A stretch of 63,152 nucleotides of DNA, counting the filler, from Octopus bimaculoides (lineage: Eukaryota), in assembly GCF_001194135.2 (NCBI RefSeq). It is 6 parts of 6 records of this genome, joined end to end, with 100 filler letters (N's around TTAATTAATTAA, not from the genome) between each part and the next. Parts side by side here need not be neighbours in the genome. Positions count along the whole stretch, not along the records: positions 48,263 to 54,786 come from NC_068996.1; positions 54,887 to 59,912 come from NW_026429175.1; positions 60,013 to 63,152 come from NC_068983.1; 3 more parts are not named here. The stretch is one strand, 5' to 3'. Position numbers and translations under genes: made by a program. The notes below the pieces were generated by a model. That model ran no database searches, was not told the DNA's origin, and was given only the letters and a program-made list of their open reading frames with translations. Positions 52,097 through 63,152 of this stretch are shown piece after piece (the first letter of the stretch is position 1; every line of letters starts with the position of its first letter).

Positions 52097-52219
52097 GCGC
52101 AGGTGTGGCTGTGTGGTAAGAAGGGTTTGGCACCATTGCGTGGCACTTTCGGAAAGTGTTTCTACTATAGTCTCAAAATCGGTTGGATTTAGTAAACGGA
52201 AACTGAAATAAGTCTGTCT
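52097..52219 (+). mobile_element. tRNA-derived SINE (family B), partial
   Basis: GCGCAGGTGTGGCTGTGTGGTAAGAAG head followed by family body. Confidence 0.7.
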
Positions 52220-52237
52220 CGTGTGTGTGTGTGTGTG

Positions 52238-52289
<52 letters not shown>

Positions 52290-52778
52290 NNNNNNNNNNN
52301 NNNNNNNNNNNNNNNNNNNNNNNNNNNNNNNNNNNNNNNNNNNNNNNNNNNNNNNNNNNNNNNNNNNNNNNNNNNNNNNNNNNNNNNNNNNNNNNNNNNN
52401 NNNNNNNNNNNNNNNNNNNNNNNNNNNNNNNNNNNNNNNNNNNNNNNNNNNNNNNNNNNNNNNNNNNNNNNNNNNNNNNNNNNNNNNNNNNNNNNNNNNN
52501 NNNNNNCCGCTTTACAACTTAGTGTTTCGGCAAAAGACACCGATAGATTAACTACGAGGCTTTAAAAAAATAAGCACTGCAATCGATTTCTTTGACTAAA
52601 CTTCTTCAAGACAGTGCCCCAGAATGGCCGCAGTCTAATGACTGAAACAAGCATAAGATACGCACATATAGTCACTGGCACATATGCATTCATATGTGTG
52701 TGAATCCGTAATTACACAGATACACACATACATATGTGAGTACAAATACAGATTCTCAAACATACGTGAGTGCATACG

Positions 52779-52810
<32 letters not shown>

Positions 52811-52815
52811 AGTGT

Positions 52816-52851
<36 letters not shown>

Positions 52852-52944
52852 TGTGTGTGTGTGTGTGATATAAGATTTAAAGTGAAAAAGCACAGAAATC
52901 TTGTTTGTGTCGATAAAGATTATTTAATCCATTGCAATATGTAA

Positions 52945-52978
52945 GAGTCGACCGGTTTCGCTTCGCTAATCATGACTC
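52945..52978 (-). ncRNA. Degenerate ultra-minimal hammerhead
   Basis: Minus strand GAGTC-ATGATTA-GCGAAGC-GAAA-CCGG-TC-GACTC: perfect 5-bp helix I, palindromic CCGG loop, but two core substitutions relative to CUGAUGA. Confidence 0.5.
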
Positions 52979-53359
52979 GATATTATGAAATCATGATAAG
53001 TTTTTGATTTAATCTTGTGTAGAAGCAGGTATGATACAGTTTTGCAGTTATAGAGGAGCGTATAGTTTAAGGGATATAATCGGTGAATATAATGTTTTTT
53101 AACTAAAGGGATAATCTGTGGATATAATATTTCTTAACTAAGGAATGGTAAATCGTTTGCTTTTTATTTTTTTCTGGTTGTCTTTTTTTATTTCAGAAGT
53201 CCATTAAATATTCATGTTAAGTTCTGGTTTGTATTTTTCAATAAATGTAGCCTCTTTATTTAGTCGTTGTTGGATTGAGTTCCTTCCCGTGCATTGGTAT
53301 AGTAGAATATCGTGAATTGTGATTGGCTGATATATAAACAGAATCGAACACACATACGG

Positions 53360-53550
53360 AAGATGTGTGTGTGTGTGTTGTTAGTTTGTCGGACGGCTGT
53401 GGTTTTTAGACATAAAACAATATATTTTCGATGCCTTTGGTGTAAATCACTTGAAAGTAAGTACTTTCAGGTGTTTTACACCAAGAGCATCGAGAATATA
53501 TTCCCTTACGTCTAAAAACCGCAGCCGCCCGACAAACTAACACACATCTT
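53360..53550. repeat. ~190-bp foldback palindrome (MITE-like)
   Basis: GTTAGTTTGTCGG...CACTTGAAAGTA (53380-53459) pairs with TACTTTCAGGTG...CCGACAAACTAAC (53462-53541) around a 2-nt centre. Confidence 0.85.
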
Positions 53551-53879
53551 GTTTATGTGTGTTTATCTATATAAATGCATATATATACGCCATGATTGAT
53601 CGCTAGCCACTTAACCTTTTTTTTATTTTTCTCTCACAGTTTATTTCTGTGTTCCTTTCTGTTGAAGAGCGTAGGCTCGAAACATAAAAGACTTTCTCAC
53701 TTCCCGAGCGTTAAACTAATACACCTGTCTGTTGTTTACACATCCTTCTTCGTCTTTTGTTTTGCTTTTTTTTTTTTGCAAATTCCAATTATATATNNNN
53801 NNNNNNNNNNNNNNNNNNNNNNNNNNNNNNNNNNNNNNNNNNNNNNNNNNNNNNNNNNNNNNNNNNNNNNNNNNNNNNN

Positions 53880-53912
<33 letters not shown>

Positions 53913-54474
53913 CACTTGTATGGTGGGGTTGTGTGTGTATATATGTATCCAATCCACCCATGCAGATACAGTAATGATAGAGAATACATAATATATATAT
54001 ATCCGGTTTCAGATGGTCTTTGTGCGGTGAATGCTAACTTTTCTGTATTATGTGTTATATTTTGAAACACATGTACTAACTTCCTTTCGAGCATATATGA
54101 ATCTTTCCTAATACATGCTGAGAGCCAGAAACTGATGGGGAACGGTTGTCCACATCTACTCCAGTGCTTGACTGACACCTAGAGACTTATACATACTAGT
54201 ACATATTCACAGTCACAGGCATACACACACATGTGGCAGCTATAGGTTTATATAGTAGAGGAGGAGTTTATTTAGGTCCGGAGTTGGTGGCACCTGCAGT
54301 GGTGGGTGCCATTTCTATTCATCTTATATTCCCTATTAAACATCGGTCGTGTTTTTCTTTTTCTGTTATATGATGAGTTCTTATATTTATCATAACGTTG
54401 CAACATGTTACTGTGTCGAGACAATTTTTAATTCAGATTTATTTAATATGACGTCAGGTTTATACTAAACGTGC

Positions 54475-54543
54475 TGATCCTCTATACTCCAATTATACTC
54501 CATTCTTTGATCCTCTATACTCCAATTATACTCCATTCTTTGA
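54475..54543 (+). repeat. 33-bp tandem duplication
   Basis: TGATCCTCTATACTCCAATTATACTCCATTCTT twice. Confidence 0.9.
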
Positions 54544-55269
54544 GTCAGGTGCGACCAGTTATATTTATGTAAGTTGTGGTAAAATTCCGATATCTAACAG
54601 AAAAACGACCAAGCTTAATAGAAAATACCAAATAAATACTAAGTGCAACCCACCCTCACCGCCATTTCCACTGACGCAAATTTCCCTACTCTCATTACCA
54701 CAATATACAGACCTGTATGAGTACTGTATAAGTATGGTGTGAGTCTGCGAGATTTTTGAGCTGAGCGGATGTATATATATATATATNNNNNNNNNNNNNN
54801 NNNNNNNNNNNNNNNNNNNNNNNNNNNNNNTTAATTAATTAANNNNNNNNNNNNNNNNNNNNNNNNNNNNNNNNNNNNNNNNNNNNTTAAGACGCTTTGA
54901 TCAGAAATTTGGAAAATTAAAGGCGTCTATTTACTTTCTGCATATCTGTGTATATATGTATGTGTAAATATGTATGTTTGTATATGTGTATATACGTATG
55001 TATGCTTGTATGTATGCGTATATACATCTCAAGGCTACTATAACAAACTTTGTTTACATATATCGAAATTTGAATTTCACATACAGCGGACAGTTTCGCT
55101 TAATGGTAAAGCACTTGACCGGGTAATCACAGACATGTGAGTTCGGGTCTCATGGCTGGCCGCTGACAGATTATTCTCCAGTATAAGGATACTTTGTCCT
55201 ATACATGCTATTAACCATTATTCCGCATTTGGAAATAAATTATTTCTATATTTGTATATGTTTATACGA

Positions 55270-55320
<51 letters not shown>

Positions 55321-56289
55321 NNNNNNNNNNNNNNNNNNNNNNNNNNNNNNNNNNNNNNNNNNNNNNNNNNNNNNNNNNNNNNNNNNNNNNNNNNNNNNNN
55401 NNNNNNNNNNNNNNNNNNNNNNNNNNNNNNNNNNNNNNNNNNNNNNNNNNNNNNNNNNNNNNNNNNNNNNNNNNNNNNNNNNNNNNNNNNNNNNNNNNNN
55501 NNNNNNNNNNNNNNNNNNNNNNNNNNNNNNNNNNNNNNNNNNNNNNNNNNNNNNNNNNNNNNNNNNNNNNNNNNNNNNNNNNNNNNNNNNNNNNNNNNNN
55601 NNNNNNNNNNNNNNNNNNNNNNNNNNNNNNNNNNNNNNNNNNNNNNNNNNNNNNNNNNNNNNNNNNNNNNNNNNNNNNNNNNNNNNNNNNNNNNNNNNNN
55701 NNNNNNNNNNNNNNNNNNNNNNNNNNNNNNNNNNNNNNNNNNNNNNNNNNNNNNNNNNNNNNNNNNNNNNNNNNNNNNNNNNNNNNNNNNNNNNNNNNNN
55801 NNNNNNNNNNNNNNNNNNNNNNNNNNNNNNNNNNNNNNNNNNNNNNNNNNNNNNNNNNNNNNNNNNNNNNNNNNNNNNNNNNNNNNNNNNNNNNNNNNNN
55901 NGTAAGTATAGGTATGTATGTGTATATAGGAATGAACGCATGTGTATGTATGGATGTATGTATTTATGAATGTATGTATGTGTGTATTGGTATGTATATA
56001 TCTGTATATACGTATGTATGCATGTGTATATTCCGATGTATACCTGTATGTATTATGTGCGTATACGTATGTATGTGTATATACGTATTATTCATCTGCA
56101 CAGGTACTTCCTGTACTCCAAATCTTAGTAAAATCATTCAATTGGTTGGTTGACAGAAACCTAAAAATGCACTTGTAACTTACTCTAAAATGTCTCAGAT
56201 TCAGTACATGCCAAAAAAGGCTTGGGAACGTCAGGGGAACAGGTCTGGCTTGGCAGGTGTCCCAGTGTATTGCAGGCTGGACCCGGTCG

Positions 56290-56685
56290 TCATCCTGCCA
56301 CTGTGGTCAAACAATCTTCAAGATAAAGTAAAAATAAACATCCTTTGAATTTTGGTTGTTGGAATGTGCTGTGGAAAATGGAGTAAAGCAAGGAGAGCTT
56401 GATGCACCCACCCTCTTTGCAATATACTTTGCTGTTGTGTTCTCACATGATTTTCAAAACTCTGGGGAAGGTATTTACATAAAATATAGAACAACAAGGA
56501 ATGTTTTTAATCTGACAAGACTGAAATTCAAAACGAAGGTTTTTACTTCACTCCTTCGGGAATTTTTGTACGCTGACGATTGCGATCTTGTCAGTCTTTC
56601 TGAAACAAGTCTGCGATCTCTTGTATCTGCATTTGAACCAGCTTGTGATGAATTTGGCTTGACCATCAACTTGAAAAAAACGTAA
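56290..56685 (+). mobile_element. RTE-clade LINE remnant with internal deletion
   Basis: APE start PLNFGCWNV joined out of frame to RT AVENGVKQG...PTLFAIYF...YADDCDL...GLTINLKKT. Confidence 0.8.
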
Positions 56686-57639
56686 GCATATATGTGTGTA
56701 TGTATGTGTATATAGGTATGTATATATGTGTGTATGTATGTCTATATATTTATGTATATATGTATGTATGTGTATATACGTATGTATGTATGTATGTATG
56801 TATACGTATGTATATATGTATGCATGTATGTGTGTATACGTATGTATATATGTATTTATACCTATGTATATATGTATGTGTATATACGTATGTATATATG
56901 TATTTATACCTATGTATATATGTATGTGTATATACGTATGTATATATGTATGTGTATCTACATATGTATGTATNNNNNNNNNNNNNNNNNNNNNNNNNNN
57001 NNNNNNNNNNNNNNNNNNNNNNNNNNNNNNNNNNNNNNNNNNNNNNNNNNNNNNNNNNNNNNNNNNNNNNNNNNNNNNNNNNNNNNNNNNNNNNNNNNNN
57101 NNNNNNNNNNNNNNNNNNNNNNNNNNNNNNNNNNNNNNNNNNNNNNNNNNNNNNNNNNNNNNNNNNNNNNNNNNNNNNNNNNNNNNNNNNNNNNNNNNNN
57201 NNNNNNNNNNNNNNNNNNNNNNNNNNNNNNNNNNNNNNNNNNNNNNNNNNNNNNNNNNNNNNNNNNNNNNNNNNNNNNNNNNNNNNNNNNNNNNNNNNNN
57301 NNNNNNNNNNNNNNNNNNNNNNNNNNNNNNNNNNNNNNNNNNNNNNNNNNNNNNNNNNNNNNNNNNNNNNNNNNNNNNNNNNNNNNNNNNNNNNNNNNNN
57401 NNNNNNNNNNNNNNNNNNNNNNNNNNNNNNNNNNNNGTGTATGTATGTGTATATAGGTATGTATATATGTGTGTATGTATGTCTATATATTTATGTATAT
57501 ATGTATGTATGTGTATTTACATATGTATGTATATGTATATACGTATGCACATATGTGTATATACATATGTATATATGTGTATATATGTGTATATACGTAT
57601 GTATTCTTTTATTCTTTTTCTTTTACGTATTTCAGTAAT

Positions 57640-58012
57640 TTGACTGCAGCCATGCTGGGGCACCTCCTTTAGTCGAGCAAATCGACCCCGGGACTTATTC
57701 TTTGTGAGCCTAGTACTAATTCTATTGGTGACTTTTGCCGAATCGCTAAGTTACGGGGGTCGTAAACACACCAGCATCGGTTGTCAAGCGATGTTGGGGT
57801 GGGGGTCAAACACAGACATACAAACATACAACCCCCCACACACACATACACGACAGGTTTTTTTCAGTTTCCGTTATCAAATCTACTCACAAGACTTTGA
57901 TTGGCCCGAGGCTATAGTAGAAGACACTTGCCCAAAGTGCCACGCAGTGGGACTGAACCCGAAACCATGTGGTTGGAAAGCAAGCTACTTACCACACTGC
58001 CACTCTGCGCCT
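57640..58012. mobile_element. Composite SINE-like repeat (family C body plus reversed family B SINE at 57853-58012)
   Basis: TAAACACACCAGCATCGGTTGTCAAGCGATG motif shared with ~7950 and ~28945; family B unit on the minus strand. Confidence 0.7.
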
Positions 58013-58329
58013 ATAATGTATGTATATGTATATACGTATGTATATGTATGTATGCTTATATACGTATATATATATATATATGTATATGTATATACGTATG
58101 TACATACACATACATAATACATACATACATACATACATACATACGTATGTATGTATTTATGTATGTGTATATGCGTATGTATATACTTATGCATGTAATG
58201 TGTACATACCTATGTATATACAGATACATGCATACATACACACATACATACATATTCAGCTGATATAAGCATGGAATTTGGCTAAAAGAAATGTTCATAT
58301 TTGTTTATAGAACGAGGAAAGTCAGTCTC

Positions 58330-59110
58330 TCAAACGCAAAACCTGTGCATCATCGATCTCTCTATCTACCTCATTCCACACAAAGAATGTTACAAGTATC
58401 TAGACATAGACGAAAATGTATCATATGTAGGCACTGTAAATGAAGATAAAGTGACCCGTGAATTTTACACCAGACTTAGGAAAATATAGCAGTCTCTCCT
58501 CTTACACAACAAAACAATATCCCACAATACATTTGCAGTGCCAGTGCTGATCCCAAAATTTGGGATACTTGATTGGTCTGTAGAGTAAATCCACTCCATA
58601 GATATCAAAACCCGCAAAATCCTGACAACGACTGCAAACTTCCACAGAAACAGTGACGTTGAGAGGCTAAGAAGAAATGTAGGTGGTAGAGGCCAAAGAT
58701 CAGTGCAGACAGCCTTCGAATGCTGTATAGTATCATTCAGGCAGCACCTGCTGAGCAACATAGATGCGGTGCTGAAAAGTGAAGTGAGCAACATTGTACG
58801 AGTTGGTATTGAGCTCCTCAAAAATCACTCTCTTTCTGATGATCTCCTATACAGCCCCAAAACAGCTGGACTCCCTTACCTCAGAAAAGACCGGGATGGA
58901 AAGCACTCAGCATTCAAAAAATAAAAAAGACTATGCATGGGTATGTTGCCCAGAAGCCTGAAGAATACAGTAGAACTGATACGAAGCGCAGCATCTCTTG
59001 TACACAAAACCACTACATCACATTACGCTTTGAAGGCTATGCGTTGGCAATTCAGGGACAGGAGATTGCCACAAAGTACCTGGTGAACAAGAAAGGCAGT
59101 GACATTCTTG
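58330..59110 (+). mobile_element. Degraded R4/Dong-like LINE RT C-terminal fragment
   Basis: YKYLDIDE, TFAVPVLI, IDIKTRKILT...SDVERL...GGRG, EGYALAIQGQEIATKY. Confidence 0.8.
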
Positions 59111-60148
59111 TAATGATACTTATGTTTTTAATATATAATGACTCTTCTATTTAATTGAAGTTATGGATATAAAAAAGATTGTTTAATGTAACTAATAATA
59201 AATGTTCTTTATCTATTGTTTATCGGAGAGAGAATTCTGTAATAAATATGAATAAAAGCCGAACAAAAAATTTGTTTACTTAATTTATCGTACGGAGAAT
59301 TCCGTAATAATGAAGATAAATTTAGAGCTACAAACACTATAACATAAAATACCCCATAGATATAGAGTTAGGCTATAATAATGGATATCAAGATATTACT
59401 AGTTGTTTAGAAGTAGCCAGATTTGAAGTTACTTCAATAAGGATTAATATTTATTCGTATATTATGGAAGGGAGAAATCAGTAAATAAAGATTAAGTAAT
59501 ACAAACAAAAACAAGGATTGAACATAGGTCCTCGATAAATATAATTAATATTATCTTTTAATTAAATGACTTTATATAGTATATATCCAAATTTTATTAA
59601 TTCTTTCATAAGTAACAAAATAATGTTGTAGTAAGAATACAAGTTATAAACTATATAATGCTATAATAATAATTATTGTATAAACTATACAATACTATAA
59701 ATAATAATTTAGTTAGTAAGTCAAATAAAACTATTTATCATTATCATTATTATTATTATTGTTATAATTATCATCCATTAATTAATAAATTGAATGAATG
59801 TATTTATGCATATAATTATTTAGTATGATGAAGACATCTTATTTGTAATATGTAATTAATATTACATTACTAATATAATGATGTATTTTACAGTAACTAC
59901 AAGAATATGCACNNNNNNNNNNNNNNNNNNNNNNNNNNNNNNNNNNNNNNNNNNNNTTAATTAATTAANNNNNNNNNNNNNNNNNNNNNNNNNNNNNNNN
60001 NNNNNNNNNNNNTATGATAATATAAATATCTAATATAGAAAAAGATAGTGAAAAGTTTTTACATCACCTACAGGAATCGAAACTCCTATCTACTATAAAC
60101 TGTATATCCGTATTAATATGATAGATAGATTTACATATGTGTGCGCGC

Positions 60149-60187
<39 letters not shown>

Positions 60188-60200
60188 CGTGTGCGTGTGT

Positions 60201-60236
<36 letters not shown>

Positions 60237-60847
60237 GCCAAAATGAATTACTGTGAGTCAGTGTGTCACATTTTGACTACCTCTCTCACTATTCAATGAC
60301 TCTTCTACTATTCCTCGTGATGGAGGAAAGTAATAGTAGGCATAGAGGCGGAGGCGACGGTAATGATGGTATGGGTGGGAGTAGCCGAGGCAGTCAGGGA
60401 TGACGGTGATAATAAGCGATGTGAAAGACAGTGGTGATGGTGATGGAGGGGAAGGCGGCGAAGTCAAAGGTATTGATGGTGGTGGCGTCAGAAGTTTGAA
60501 TGGTGTGTGTATGGCAGTTGTGGTAGTGATGGTGGTGGTACTGGAGATGATGATGGCTGACAATAATCAACAAAGAGAGAGAGAGAAAGAAAGAGGTTAC
60601 ACAGGAAAAGAAAATTGTACTGACCCTTGAATGGGAAGACAAAAAATGCTTATTATGCAGCATTGCAATAAGTTCCAAGTCGACAAATTATATCATTGTT
60701 TAGGTGAAAATTGTTCATTGTTTGAAAAATATTGGTCAAGTTTAATAAAATTTAATATGTACTCAATGCATGAAGTGTCATTGTTGGGCCCAAGGCCCAA
60801 TGAAGAGCCTTCCACAGGAGCTAGCTTAAAAGCTGCCCGATAGGGCC

Positions 60848-60985
60848 GCTGGCTATGTGGTAAGTAGCTTACCAACTACATGGTTCTGGGTTCTGTCCCA
60901 CTGCGTGGTACCTTGGGCAAGTGTCTTCTATTATAGCCTTGGGCCGACCAAATCCTTGTAGGCGGAAACTGAAAGAAGCCCGTTG
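60848..60985 (+). mobile_element. tRNA-derived SINE (family B)
   Basis: GGCTATGTGGTAAGTAGC...GGTTCTGTCCCACTGCGTGG body. Confidence 0.8.
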
Positions 60986-61398
60986 TATGTGTGTGTGTGT
61001 GTNNNNNNNNNNNNNNNNNNNNNNNNNNNNNNNNNNNNNNNNNNNNNNNNNNNNNNNNNNNNNNNNNNNNNNNNNNNNNNNNNNNNNNNNNNNNNNNNNN
61101 NNNNNNNNNNNNNNNNNNNNNNNNNNNNNNNNNNNNNNNNNNNNNNNNNNNNNNNNNNNNNNNNNNNNNNNNNNNNNNNNNCTTACGAAGAATAAGTCCT
61201 GGGGTCGATTTGCGCACACACACACATATATATACCCACACCAACCCACATATATATATATGTGTGTGTTTAAATAAAATATGCCCCGATCTCCTCCCCA
61301 AAAGTAAAAACAAAAATGTTCAGTGTACCAAAGTAAATATTTCAATATGCTGAAATTGCATATCCTGTTGTGCAACAACAAGTAGTAGTAGTAGTAGT

Positions 61399-61433
<35 letters not shown>

Positions 61434-62695
61434 TAGTAGTAGTACTTATTGCTTTAGTCGTATCTCTTGAATTGTGAGTGTCTGTTATTTGTTTAACGTT
61501 GTTTGGTTTATAATTACGGTATACATATATTTGTAGGTACGCATGTACCTGAGAATCGGTTACCAACTCATCAAGTTTCTTCCTTTTTATGTATCTATGG
61601 CATATATTTTTGCCTCTATCTGAAATATTTGACCCTTATCATCATATTCAGCTCATCATCATTATCATCATCATCAATAATATCAATATCCTTTTCAGCC
61701 ACTTTCAGCCATTCAGCGACTATTTTGTTTTGGTATTTGATTGTCTAGAGTTAAATATTTGTACTGAGCTGCTAAGTGTGTAGATACACTTGATTGTTCA
61801 AAGGTACAATGCTCTGTAAATTGCTGATTAACAAAAAAAAACGGGATGGGTTTGCCATACAGATTGATTCTGTGCGAAATAATTTCGTTTCACTAACTCT
61901 TGATACAGACGTTTTTTGTTGAAAATCTGTCGTTAATAAAATGCTACAAAATATTCCAAGGCTATTTTTGTCTTTTTCTCCCTATTTTTTACTCTGCAAA
62001 AGATATCGATTTAATGTTCACTGAGTAGGAAAAAAAACACATTTAAAGAGAACAGGAAGGGATATTGTAAGAGTCATGCCTTTCCCAATGAAATTTGAGA
62101 TGCAGATAAAGCCAACCTTCTATAACAAAGACTTGAAACTGTATTTTGTCCTCTTGTTCTACATAACTTGTCCTTCCCAGGTTTTACATAAATACTCTTC
62201 TCCAGATGGATCAAAGTGATTGCTAGATCTATCGGAAATAACAGCCAAATCTCTCTCAGGTCACAGAATTGTCTTCAAAAGTTGAAAACGCTTAAAAACA
62301 TCATGGAGAAGTTTTAGTCTAAAATACATTAAGCACATAAATCTGATGGATCGTGGCTGACTTGGGCTAAACAACAACAAAGTATCAGATTCGTGAGAAG
62401 GAAAGAAATTATTACATGGCCTTCATGATGTTTTCAAAGTCATTAGTGAAATGTGTGAATTCAAAATGCTACGTTGGTCATGTATCCAACTAACCGAGAC
62501 TTGACTTTCTACAAACCAACTTTTGTCACGTTATATTGTCGCTTTTAAAGCATTTACGTCTTTATGGCATCGATGGAATATCTCGGGTAATTTGGTGACA
62601 TTCTTGCACATATATAAATTTTAATACACATTCACACATACACACAGACGCACACAACACACACACACGTCTATTTACACACCGTGTGCATAAGC

Positions 62696-62733
<38 letters not shown>

Positions 62734-62978
62734 CTGTGTGTGCGTCTGTGTGTGTGTGTGTATGTACGTGTTGAGAAAACAGTCAGAATTTTGGGAAAAA
62801 ATCTTTTTGTTTCTTTATTATTAACGCTTTCGTTTCTTTCTCGAACTTGTCAAATGAACTTTTTGTGAATGTACAAACAGCTTGTTCATTTATGTAAAAC
62901 ATGTTTTTTTGAGGTTTTGTGGGGTTTTTGTGGGGGAGGGTCCATGACAATGAAGATGGATAGATAGAAATATAGGTA

Positions 62979-62997
62979 GGTAGATAGATAGATAGAC

Positions 62998-63066
<69 letters not shown>
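62979..63066 (+). repeat. (TAGA)n microsatellite, representative of dozens of (TA)n, (CA)n, (TATG)n, (TAA)n and (CT)n tracts
   Basis: Directly visible tandem tetranucleotide. Confidence 0.95.
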
Positions 63067-63067
<1 letters not shown>

Positions 63068-63152
63068 GTAGAGAGAGAGAGAAAGAGAGAAGGGGTATCC
63101 CACTTCCTATTCACTATTCATTTAGTCCTTTACCATTGAATTGGAATGGGTT

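Noticed and set aside
56694-57530. Duplicated degenerate (TATG)n block on both sides of a gap
   Set aside because: Low-complexity satellite and probable assembly overlap.
59300-59900. Possible NUMT
   Set aside because: Translations under the invertebrate mitochondrial code have stops and no recognisable mitochondrial motif.
60258-60630. Thr/Pro- or Gly/Val-rich ORFs
   Set aside because: Degenerate (GGT/GAT)n low-complexity sequence.

Overview
AT-rich, gapped animal genomic scaffold dominated by microsatellites and repeats. The repeat landscape fits a coleoid cephalopod, probably Octopus; this is an inference with no database check. Most track ORFs are microsatellite or N-gap artefacts. One clear intact host gene is present: an intronless 265-aa protein (42220-43017, +) with two PDZ domains, a basic patch and a C-terminal hydrophobic tail. 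Its second half resembles SYNJ2BP/OMP25 and it has CRE/UPRE-like motifs just upstream. The rest is mostly transposon debris: an internally deleted Gypsy LTR element with LTRs, PBS, PPT and TSD; five R4/Dong-like RLE LINE pieces, several abutting (TAA)n; three Penelope-like fragments; RTE and L1/Tx1-like fragments; Tc1, mariner and Tigger remnants; and many tRNA-derived SINEs. The best hidden signals are four minimal type I hammerhead ribozyme motifs with different palindromic helix III loops, several near-perfect long inverted repeats and foldbacks, and an apparent CpG-depletion boundary near 19.4 kb. A few isolated candidate exons could not be assigned to a gene. I see no convincing novel multi-gene system. 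The tandem-PDZ tail-anchored gene and the hammerhead set are the strongest leads.
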